Part shown: positions 56,960-64,000 of the stretch, piece by piece | Layout of the letters: every line of letters starts with the position of its first letter | How positions within the stretch are numbered: position 1 is the stretch's first letter | Source: Candidatus Doudnabacteria bacterium RIFCSPHIGHO2_01_FULL_46_24 | GTDB lineage: Bacteria > Patescibacteriota > Doudnabacteria > UBA920 > O2-02-FULL-48-8 | NCBI GenBank assembly: GCA_001777575.1 | Contig: MFEL01000008.1 | Coordinates: 42,634-106,633 of the forward strand | Reading direction: 5' to 3' | DNA: 64,000 nucleotides | Program-made: the position numbers and the translations under genes | The notes under the pieces: generated by a model | The model's input: the letters and a program-made list of their open reading frames with translations, nothing else | Databases searched by the model: none | What the model was told of the DNA's origin: nothing

Positions 56960-57034
56960 AATGCTTAAAAATTATTTATTAACGGATTACGGGTTACGGA
57001 TTTGCAATTCGCAATTCGTTAATCCGTTAATTCT
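56960..57034 (-). repeat. Intergenic repeat family 2, copy 3 (between rplE and rpsZ)
   Basis: ttattaacggattacgggttacgg…caattcgttaatccgttaattc. Confidence 0.65.
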
Positions 57035-57577
57035 CTAATCATTCTTAAAGGGGAAGCCTAAAGATTTTAGCAGAGCGAGCGCCTTCTTGTCATTGTCGGT
57101 ATTGGTCTGAATGTTTATCTCCAGCCCAAATGCATGCTCAATGTGCTCGTCGCCGGTTTCCGGAAAAACATTCTGCTCTTTGATGCCGATGTTGTAATTC
57201 CCACACCCGTCAAATCCTTGCTTGGACAAACCACGGAAGTCGCGGACACGGGGCAACGCAGCTCTAATCAATTTTTCCAAAAAATCATACATGCGCCGGC
57301 CCCGCAGCGTAACCTTAAGTCCAACTACCTGATTCTGCCTGATCTTAAACCCAGCAATGGATTTACGAGCCAATGTTTTAACCGGCCGCTGCCCTGCTAT
57401 GCGTTGGATGTCTTCGATAATGATATCCAAAAATTTGGGATCTTTCAAAGTTTTACCGACTCCAACGTTAAGCACGACCTTCTCGATTTTGGGAACCGCG
57501 GAAGCGTTTTGCAAACCCAACTCTTGCTTCAGAGCTGGGACGATTTTTTCTTTATAAATCGTTCTTAAATCTGTCAT
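57035..57577 (-). CDS. rplE: 50S ribosomal protein L5
   Basis: Start reassigned to MTDLRTIYKEKIVPAL, which aligns with the E. coli L5 N-terminus and abuts the rplX stop. Confidence 0.9.
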   Translation of the reverse strand: MTDLRTIYKEKIVPALKQELGLQNASAVPKIEKVVLNVGVGKTLKDPKFLDIIIEDIQRIAGQRPVKTLARKSIAGFKIRQNQVVGLKVTLRGRRMYDFLEKLIRAALPRVRDFRGLSKQGFDGCGNYNIGIKEQNVFPETGDEHIEHAFGLEINIQTNTDNDKKALALLKSLGFPFKND

Positions 57578-57579
57578 AA

Positions 57580-57897
57580 TTAATTCAAAGTTTTGCCGCA
57601 TTTCTTACAGCGTCTAAAATTGCCCTCATCACTCACCTCGTGAGCCACCCGGGTCGGCTTGCCGCAGTGTGGACAAATCAACATCACTTTGGAAATATTT
57701 AAGGGCCCTGGCAGTTCCATCCGCTGGCCTTTTTCACCGGCTTTTTTCGGGCGTGAAAAACGAAAATGCACATTGAGTCCTTCCACAATGATTCGCGAGT
57801 ACTTGGGCAGGACGCGAATAATCTTGCCCCGTTTGTTCTTATCCTTGCCGGAAAGCAGTTTGACCTCATCGCCTTTTTTGATGCTCAGTTTGTTCAT
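57580..57897 (-). CDS. rplX: 50S ribosomal protein L24 with a C-terminal Cys4 zinc-ribbon extension
   Basis: KOW motif (KKGDEVKLLSGKDK) plus CPHCGK…CKKCGK. Confidence 0.85.
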   Translation of the reverse strand: MNKLSIKKGDEVKLLSGKDKNKRGKIIRVLPKYSRIIVEGLNVHFRFSRPKKAGEKGQRMELPGPLNISKVMLICPHCGKPTRVAHEVSDEGNFRRCKKCGKTLN

Positions 57898-58020
57898 AAG
57901 AATAATATGATGCTAATTTGCTAATTTATGCCAATTGGCGAATTGCTAATGGCCCAACGCTAAGTGTTTGGTTATTCGCAATTTGTAGATTGGCATGACA
58001 TTCGTAGATTCGCATCGTAT
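57898..58020 (-). repeat. Intergenic repeat family 1, copy B (between rplN and rplX)
   Basis: About 85-90% identical to 58393-58508. Confidence 0.75.
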
Positions 58021-58392
58021 TTATATTACTTCCGGGGCTAATGAAATAATTTTCGTAAAACCCAGATCGCGCAATTCCCTCGGAATCGGGCCAAATATGC
58101 GTGTCCCCCGGGGCTCTTGGCTGTCCTTATTCACCAGCACGGCAGCATTGTCATCAAATCGAATATACGAACCGTCGCTCCTCCGAGTCTCCTTCCGGGT
58201 TCTGACGATTACCGCATAAACCTTGTCGCCTTTTTTGACCTGCCCTTTTGGTGAAGCATCCTTAACCGAAGCCGCGACCACGTCGCCGAGCCTGACTACG
58301 CGCCTGCGGTTTTTCCCGGCTACGCCGAATACGGCCAATTCCTTGGCCCCCGTATTGTCTGCAACGTTTAATCTGGTCCTGAGCTGAATCAT
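58021..58392 (-). CDS. rplN: 50S ribosomal protein L14
   Basis: [18 protein letters not shown]-terminus. Confidence 0.9.
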   Translation of the reverse strand: MIQLRTRLNVADNTGAKELAVFGVAGKNRRRVVRLGDVVAASVKDASPKGQVKKGDKVYAVIVRTRKETRRSDGSYIRFDDNAAVLVNKDSQEPRGTRIFGPIPRELRDLGFTKIISLAPEVI

Positions 58393-58508
58393 GAATATGT
58401 GATGCTAATTTGCGAATCTTATGCCAATCTGGCGAATTGCTAATGGTCCAACGCTAAGGGTTGGGTTATTCGCAATTTGTAGATTGGCATTGCATTTGTA
58501 GATTCGCA
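58393..58508 (-). repeat. Intergenic repeat family 1, copy C (between rpsQ and rplN)
   Basis: Near-identical to copy B. Contains a tandem atttgtagatt(g/c)gcat unit. Confidence 0.75.
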
Positions 58509-58742
58509 TCATATCTTACTGATTACTCTCCAATGCACTGTCTTGGAAATTGGCCGACATTCTTCTATAACAACTCGGTCTCCGGCCTTAAATTCGCCCT
58601 CGCCAATCTGTGCTGGGTATCGTTTGTGCACCTTAAATCGTTTCAGGTATTTTGGGTGGGTTTTTGTAGACTCGACCTTGACCACCACGGTTTTATGCAT
58701 TTTTACGGAATCTATAATCCCAATCAAATGTCTCTTTGACAT
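58509..58742 (-). CDS. rpsQ: 30S ribosomal protein S17
   Basis: Full-length S17 similarity. Confidence 0.9.
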   Translation of the reverse strand: MSKRHLIGIIDSVKMHKTVVVKVESTKTHPKYLKRFKVHKRYPAQIGEGEFKAGDRVVIEECRPISKTVHWRVISKI

Positions 58743-58743
58743 A

Positions 58744-58926
58744 TTATTGCTGGTTTAATATCGTTAAAATTCTGGCGATGTCTTTCCTCAGAACCCTGAG
58801 TTGGTGATTATTCTTAACTTCCTTGGAATAAATCTTGAAACGCATCGTTCGCAGCTGCTCCCGAAGCGAGGCAATCAGCTTGTTCAATTCCACTTCGGAC
58901 ATTCGCTTTAATTCAGAGATTTTCAT
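58744..58926 (-). CDS. rpmC: 50S ribosomal protein L29
   Basis: 60-aa helical protein. Position is between S17 and L16. Confidence 0.85.
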   Translation of the reverse strand: MKISELKRMSEVELNKLIASLREQLRTMRFKIYSKEVKNNHQLRVLRKDIARILTILNQQ

Positions 58927-58928
58927 GA

Positions 58929-59342
58929 TTACTGCCTCTCTTTTGTTATAAATCGAGTTTTAATGGGGAGTTTATGCGAGGCTAATCTCATCGCTTCCGC
59001 CGCTGCTTCGACAGGCACGCCGTCCATTTCAAACAACACTCGTCCTTTCCGGACTACGGCCACGAAATGGTCCACTGCCCCCTTACCGCTGCCCATGGGC
59101 GATTCGTTGCCGTGAGAAGTGATTGGTTTGTCCGGAAAAATCCGGATCCAAATCTTGCCGCCGCGGGCCACATAACGGGTCATGGCGCGCCTAGCCGCCT
59201 CAATTTGGCGGGAGGTAACCCAGCTGTTCTCCACAGCCTTCAATCCGAAAGAACCGAAAGCCACCGTGTTTCCTGACATGGCCTTGCCGCTCGATCGTCC
59301 GCGGTGGTGCTTTCGATGTTTGACTCTCTTAGGTATAAGCAT
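58929..59342 (-). CDS. rplP: 50S ribosomal protein L16
   Basis: [16 protein letters not shown]-terminus. Confidence 0.9.
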   Translation of the reverse strand: MLIPKRVKHRKHHRGRSSGKAMSGNTVAFGSFGLKAVENSWVTSRQIEAARRAMTRYVARGGKIWIRIFPDKPITSHGNESPMGSGKGAVDHFVAVVRKGRVLFEMDGVPVEAAAEAMRLASHKLPIKTRFITKERQ

Positions 59343-59396
59343 ATTTATAGATTAAAGATTAAAGAGAAAAGATCAAAATATTTTGCGTTTTTCTCT

Positions 59397-60041
59397 TTAC
59401 GTTTTACTCTTGTCAAAGACTTCGCCCTTATTTATCCAAACCTTTACGCCGATCGTGCCGTAGGTCGTGTAGGCAGTGGCTTTGGCAAAATCAATATTTG
59501 CGCGCAGGGTGTGCAGGGGTAATTTTCCCTTCATCAACCGTTCCGACCGCGCAATGTCAGAACCGCCCAGCCTCCCGGCGACTTCCAGCTTGACGCCGAT
59601 GGCACCGGATTCCATAATCTGTTCAATTGAGCCTTTCATGGCTCTGCGGTAAGCAATCCGCTTCTCCAGCTGGTCGGCGATATTTTGGGCAATAACCTGG
59701 GCTTGCAAATTGATTTCTTTGACTTCCTCAATATTGATCTTAATGTCCAATTTCTTTCCCAGATGTCTGACGATCTTCTTCTTCAACTCGTCAACTCCAC
59801 CGCCGCCCTTACCGATAATCATGCCTGGTTTGACGGTTTTGATGGTCACGTTGACGGCTGCTCCAAAACGCTCGATATCAATGCGGACCACTCCGGCTTT
59901 TTTTAAAATGTTAAACAAAAACTGCCTAATCCTGGTGTCTTCTTCCAGATACTGAGAAAAATGAGTCTTTGTCAGCCAGCGCGATTTCCAAGTGTCGGTT
60001 ATTTTCAGCCTAAAGCTGTTGGCGTTAACCTTTTGTCCCAT
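59397..60041 (-). CDS. rpsC: 30S ribosomal protein S3
   Basis: Start reassigned to MGQKVNANSFRLKIT (ATG at 60041). KH domain. Confidence 0.9.
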   Translation of the reverse strand: MGQKVNANSFRLKITDTWKSRWLTKTHFSQYLEEDTRIRQFLFNILKKAGVVRIDIERFGAAVNVTIKTVKPGMIIGKGGGGVDELKKKIVRHLGKKLDIKINIEEVKEINLQAQVIAQNIADQLEKRIAYRRAMKGSIEQIMESGAIGVKLEVAGRLGGSDIARSERLMKGKLPLHTLRANIDFAKATAYTTYGTIGVKVWINKGEVFDKSKT

Positions 60042-60098
60042 AAAATTTGCTTGCAAATTTTACCCCGAGCGAGCGTTAGCGAGCCGAGGGGTTAATTT

Positions 60099-60665
60099 TT
60101 ATTGCCCGCTCTTCCTGTTAAATAATCTTCGCTTCAAATCCACCAAATGCTTCTTGACCTTCTCTCCCGACTTCGGCGGCGTCTTCGCCTTCTGTTTTTC
60201 CACTTCTATCTTACCGGACATTTTTTCCTCAGGTTGTTTTGGTTCAGCCGCAACCGGAGCAGGACGAATGCTGAAGATCGATCGCTTTGTCTTTTTGGCT
60301 GTTCGAATTCTGGGCTCCAACAGAACAGAAATATGGCTTAAGCGTTTGCGCTCGATAAATCCCCGACCCTGGGCCCGGGGGGAGAGTTTTTTGATAACCG
60401 GACCGGCGTCTACCGTGATGGATTTAATGTACAAATCGTCCCTGTTCAATTCAAAGTTATGTACAGCATTGGCAATTGCCGAATTAATGACTTTGCTGAT
60501 CGGCTGGGCCGCTTTCTTGGATGAAAAGCGCAGTTGTTCCAAGGCTGTGTCCACTGGCGTTCGGCGGATCAAATCAGCGACCAGACGAAGCTTGCGCGGC
60601 GAGACATGAATGTATCGCGCGTAAGCTTTGACTTCCTTGATTTGCTGCTTTTCCTGTGCGGCCAT
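60099..60665 (-). CDS. rplV: 50S ribosomal protein L22 with a ~70-aa Lys-rich C-terminal extension
   Basis: L22 core (ARYIHVSPRKLRLVADLIR) plus a basic tail. Confidence 0.85.
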   Translation of the reverse strand: MAAQEKQQIKEVKAYARYIHVSPRKLRLVADLIRRTPVDTALEQLRFSSKKAAQPISKVINSAIANAVHNFELNRDDLYIKSITVDAGPVIKKLSPRAQGRGFIERKRLSHISVLLEPRIRTAKKTKRSIFSIRPAPVAAEPKQPEEKMSGKIEVEKQKAKTPPKSGEKVKKHLVDLKRRLFNRKSGQ

Positions 60666-60689
60666 GGTTAGTAGTTAAATAATTAATAG

Positions 60690-61034
60690 TTACTTTTTAG
60701 CCTCAGGCTCGGGAGCTTTGGCCGCTTCCATTTGCCGTTTCTCCGCATCTACCGACGCGGCAGCCTCCTCTTTGGCCATGCGGCCGCCATGCCTGACAAA
60801 CTTTCGGGTGGGAGCGAACTCTCCCAATTTGTGTCCGACCATATTTTCATTCACGTTGACAGTGATAAAATTCTTGCCGTTGTGCACCAGAAAAGCCAAA
60901 CCAACCATCTCCGGAAAAATCGTAGAATCCCGGGACCAAGTCTTAATCTCGTTTTTTGAGCCAGGCCTAATTTTCTGGATTTTCGCCCAGAGTTTAGGAT
61001 CAATAAACGGACCTTTTTTAAGGGAACGTGACAT
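60690..61034 (-). CDS. rpsS: 30S ribosomal protein S19 (with a short acidic/Lys C-terminal extension)
   Basis: Start reassigned to [12 protein letters not shown] (ATG at 61034). Confidence 0.9.
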   Translation of the reverse strand: MSRSLKKGPFIDPKLWAKIQKIRPGSKNEIKTWSRDSTIFPEMVGLAFLVHNGKNFITVNVNENMVGHKLGEFAPTRKFVRHGGRMAKEEAAASVDAEKRQMEAAKAPEPEAKK

Positions 61035-61042
61035 ATGGTTTG

Positions 61043-61876
61043 TTAATTCCTTCTCTTTACGATAAATTTCGAACTCGCCTTCTTGGGATTGCGGGTTTTG
61101 ACTCCCAAGGCATGCTTGCCCCAAGGCGTCTTCGGATATTTCAGGCCTATCGGGTTATGACCCTCGCCGCCCCCGTGGGGATGATCCACAGGGTTCATGG
61201 CCTTACCCCGCACGGTCGGCCGCCGGCCCATATGGCGCACTCTGCCGGCCTTGCCGATCCTAACATACATCCAATCGATATTGGAAACCTGGCCGACTGT
61301 CGCATAAGATTCAGACGAAACTTTCCGAATTTCTCCAGAAGGAAACTTCAATAACGTACTCTCACCTTCCGTGGCCACAATAATGGCATAACTGCCTGCT
61401 GATCGTGCAACGGAGCTTCCTTGTGTCCTGTCAATTTGGACATTGTGAACATAGGTGCCGACGGGGATATTTCTAAGCATCATTCGATTGCCCGCGCTAA
61501 CATCGGTGCGAGGAGCGGCAACAATTTCTGATCCGACTTTAAGTCCGTCAGGAGCCAAAATATAGCGCTTCTCTCCGTCTCGATAGGCCAATAGCGAGAT
61601 AAAGCCGCTGCGGGTTGGGTCATATTCCAAAGTTTGGACTTTGGCTGGGATATTCAGCTTGTCGGTGCGCAGAAAATCTACCACCCTTGCCTTCAATCTA
61701 TGCCCCCCACCTTGGTGGCGGACAGTAATTTTTCCCTGGTTATTGCGCCCTGCGTTTTTTTTGAAGGCCACGATCAAATTCTTGGGAGTCTTAACGCGTT
61801 TGTCCAAGACCGAATAATCGGTGACTGAATGAATCCTGCGTCCTGGGCTAGTTGGTTTATAAATCTTGATTGCCAT
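61043..61876 (-). CDS. rplB: 50S ribosomal protein L2
   Basis: Full-length L2 similarity (…[14 protein letters not shown]…). Confidence 0.95.
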   Translation of the reverse strand: MAIKIYKPTSPGRRIHSVTDYSVLDKRVKTPKNLIVAFKKNAGRNNQGKITVRHQGGGHRLKARVVDFLRTDKLNIPAKVQTLEYDPTRSGFISLLAYRDGEKRYILAPDGLKVGSEIVAAPRTDVSAGNRMMLRNIPVGTYVHNVQIDRTQGSSVARSAGSYAIIVATEGESTLLKFPSGEIRKVSSESYATVGQVSNIDWMYVRIGKAGRVRHMGRRPTVRGKAMNPVDHPHGGGEGHNPIGLKYPKTPWGKHALGVKTRNPKKASSKFIVKRRN

Positions 61877-61878
61877 GT

Positions 61879-62232
61879 TTAGACTCCTTCAATAAGGCCG
61901 GAAATTTTTTCTCCTGTTTTCAAGGTGACCACGGCTTTTTTCCAATCACCGGTTTGGCTCGTAGTCCGCCCTGTCCGCCGCGGCTTCCCCTTGCTATTGA
62001 TGATGTTTACCTTTACAACGTGGACATCATAAGTTTTTTCGACAGCCTGCCTGATTCCCAGCTTGTTTGCTGACTGGGAAACCTTAAACACGTATCTGCC
62101 ATTCTGGCCAAATGCAGTGGTTTTTTCCGATAAGTGGGCATTCTTCAAAATTCGAAAAGCACGGCCGGTGTCTTCTTTGGTTTTCTGTTCTGACCGCGTT
62201 TTGTCCACATCAGTCGGGGTCTCCTTGACCAT
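61879..62232 (-). CDS. rplW: 50S ribosomal protein L23 (start uncertain: ATG at 62232 or 62301; the ORF-track start at 62328 is TTG)
   Basis: Conserved L23 core (ILKNAHLSEKT…DWKKAVVTLKTGEKI). The upstream in-frame stretch is purine-rich and SD-like rather than protein-like. Confidence 0.65.
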   Translation of the reverse strand: MVKETPTDVDKTRSEQKTKEDTGRAFRILKNAHLSEKTTAFGQNGRYVFKVSQSANKLGIRQAVEKTYDVHVVKVNIINSKGKPRRTGRTTSQTGDWKKAVVTLKTGEKISGLIEGV

Positions 62233-62431
62233 ATCCAAAACATTTTCCCCCTGAACTACCTTGCTTCCCTTACCTCCCCTAATTTTACTTAACAGTCCCA
62301 TACCCAGTATATCAACTTTCAGATACAAACAGCTTCGCTGTTTGTATAAAATTAATTAACAATACTAATTTAGCAAACGCAACGACATTTAATCAATATT
62401 TATACGGATATTTCTAAAACTGAAAGTTGTA

Positions 62432-63067
62432 TTACTGGGCATAAGTCTTTTCTATTACTGTCAAAGCGTCTTTCAAAATAATCGGATCGTATTTCAATAA
62501 ATCAAAAATATTCAACTGGTTGGCTGCCAAAATTTTGGCATTGGGCAAATTCTTCCCCGCCCGCTCAAGTTCTCGATTGTGGGCTCCCAGGATCAAAATA
62601 TATTTTTTGCCCAAACCGGCCTTGTCGGCAATTGCAGAAAGTTTCCGCGAAAGATCTTTGGTTTTATTCGCGGCAATGCTATCCACCACTGCCAACTTAT
62701 TATCTTTGACTTTGTCGCTGAGAATCGTAAATAACGCTTTTCTAAAAATACTCTGGTTAAGCTTGATTGAAAAACTACGCCCCTTGGTTGGGCCAAAAGT
62801 GATACCCCCGCCCCGCCAAAGCGGCGAGCGAACAGAACCGGCCCGGGCTCGGCCGGTGCCTTTTTGCTTCCATGGTTTCTTGCCGCTGCCGGAAACTTCT
62901 CCGCGATTCTTAGTGTGGGCAATCGCCGACCGGGCATTGTTCCGCTGAGCCCTAAGTGCAAAATGCACCAAATTAACGTCAATTTTAGCCAAACCAAAAA
63001 CTGCCGGGTTCAAATCCGTTTCCGAGACTTTTTCACCTGTTTGGTTATAGACTGCCGTTTTTGCCAT
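62432..63067 (-). CDS. rplD: 50S ribosomal protein L4
   Basis: Start reassigned to MAKTAVYNQTG (ATG at 63067, 2 nt after the GDPD stop). Confidence 0.85.
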   Translation of the reverse strand: MAKTAVYNQTGEKVSETDLNPAVFGLAKIDVNLVHFALRAQRNNARSAIAHTKNRGEVSGSGKKPWKQKGTGRARAGSVRSPLWRGGGITFGPTKGRSFSIKLNQSIFRKALFTILSDKVKDNKLAVVDSIAANKTKDLSRKLSAIADKAGLGKKYILILGAHNRELERAGKNLPNAKILAANQLNIFDLLKYDPIILKDALTVIEKTYAQ

Positions 63068-63068
63068 A

Positions 63069-63737
63069 TCAATTATGGATAATATTGGGGTAATCGGTGC
63101 CAATCCCATCAACCCCCATCTCTTTCATGATTTCAAATTGATTAATATCGTTAATAACCCATGTCATAATTTTCATCTCAAGATTGTGGATAAATTTAAT
63201 ACGTTTGGAAGTAATCAAATCATGCCTGAGATTAATCGAATAGAATCTTAGAGAACGAAAAAATGGAAAGAGAAATATGTACAAATAATTTCTTTTTGGA
63301 CTAATAATCAAGGCTATTTTGATATTTCTATCCAAAGCTCTAATTTTTCTTAATACTCCTAACTTAAAAGAGGAAATTAAAACCTTAGATGGAAATCCCT
63401 TGATCTCTTCAAGTAATCGTTGTTCAAATCCCGTTTCCTTAACCTCCAAATTCAGAGGCATATGAATTTTATCAAGAACTTCCTTCAATAACGGTGTTGG
63501 GTAATTCACTTTCTGACTCAGAATCTGCAATTCTTCCCAGATAATCTCAGAGATTTTTCTTGGATCGTGATGGGTTCTTAGTAAATCTTCGTCGTGATGA
63601 ACGACGATGTACTTATCTTTAGTCGCTCTCAAATCCATTTCAATCACATCTACCCCTAATTCCTGTGCTTTTTTAAAAGAGCTGATTGTATTTTCTCGCT
63701 CCAATCCTCTAGCGCCCCGATGTCCGGTTATTTCCAT
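63069..63737 (-). CDS. Glycerophosphodiester phosphodiesterase (GDPD family)
   Basis: HRG…E…D GDPD N-terminal motif (ITGHRGARGLERENT, IEMDL, HHDEDL). Lower GC than the flanking r-protein genes. Confidence 0.8.
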   Translation of the reverse strand: MEITGHRGARGLERENTISSFKKAQELGVDVIEMDLRATKDKYIVVHHDEDLLRTHHDPRKISEIIWEELQILSQKVNYPTPLLKEVLDKIHMPLNLEVKETGFEQRLLEEIKGFPSKVLISSFKLGVLRKIRALDRNIKIALIISPKRNYLYIFLFPFFRSLRFYSINLRHDLITSKRIKFIHNLEMKIMTWVINDINQFEIMKEMGVDGIGTDYPNIIHN

Positions 63738-63740
63738 GCG

Positions 63741-64000
63741 CTAGACAGTTTGAATCTTAACGATGCCGCCTCTAGCCCCCGGTACCGCGCCTTTCACGGC
63801 AATCAAATTCCGCTCTGAGTCAACATCCACAACCTCTAAATTTCTGATGGTTCTGACCCCTCCCATCCTACTGGCCATTCTTAAACCCTTCCTGACGTGT
63901 TGTGGAAACCGGCCGCCAATGGCGCCCACAGCGCGCGGATGATCGTGTCCATGCGACGCTGGGGCCCCTTTAAAGCCGTATTTCTTAATAGGTCCGGCAA
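63741..64000 (-). CDS. rplC: 50S ribosomal protein L3 (C-terminal part; the N-terminus lies beyond the window end)
   Basis: C-terminal L3 similarity (…AVKGAVPGARGGIVKI). The reading frame stays open to the window edge. Confidence 0.8.
   Translation of the reverse strand, partial: AGPIKKYGFKGAPASHGHDHPRAVGAIGGRFPQHVRKGLRMASRMGGVRTIRNLEVVDVDSERNLIAVKGAVPGARGGIVKIQTV

Overview
This window is dense, mostly minus-strand coding sequence. From gene content and the compact layout it looks like a small-genome Candidate Phyla Radiation (CPR)/Patescibacteria-type bacterium, but that assignment is inference. I recognise the following, in order.

- **Cell envelope and division:** ftsQ-like, an M24 peptidase, ddl and murF, then murI and serS.
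- **Rod-shape cluster:** mreB-mreC-mreD-PBP2 followed by proS, with a second mreB paralog next to murA.
- **Translation and housekeeping:** lysS, greA, rseP, frr, holB, recJ, rnhA.
- **Lower glycolysis block:** gpmI-eno-pgk-gap-fba, with tpiA further on in the pentose-phosphate block.
- **Pentose-phosphate block:** split transketolase, rpe, rpiB.
- **Others in that stretch:** galT, ruvX, htrA, map, and two adenylate-kinase genes.
- **secY followed by the spc/S10 ribosomal-protein operon:** secY-adk-map, then L15, S5, L18, L6, S8, S14, L5, L24, L14, S17, L29, L16, S3, L22, S19, L2, L23, L4 and partial L3.

Several things do not fit ordinary annotation and are the main reason to look again.

1. 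Three families of 70-120 bp intergenic repeat elements sit between tightly linked genes, including inside the ribosomal operon. Many start codons are also preceded by short stop-codon-rich tandem 'word' spacers.
2. An accessory stretch at about 37.6-43.9 kb carries regulators with duplicated palindromic operators (a TrpR/YerC-like and a PaaX-like regulator), GxxExxY and four-helix-bundle genes, and a 59-aa AbrB/SpoVT-like gene that falls below the ORF-track threshold. That gene is fused in an operon with a 69-aa membrane peptide.
3. An 860-bp GC-rich island lies upstream of proS. It holds an ORF interrupted by an in-frame stop codon, long hairpins, a tandem repeat and a polypyrimidine tract.
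4. A 575-bp ORF-free, structure-rich region at 23.9-24.4 kb may be an ncRNA.
5. A leaderless PIN-type toxin-antitoxin (TA) operon is present.
6. A GDPD gene is inserted between rplC and rplD.
7. There is a CheY-like receiver that lacks the phospho-acceptor Asp.
8. There is a decayed fragment of a PEP-utilising enzyme.

No rRNA, tRNA or CRISPR array could be supported from the sequence.
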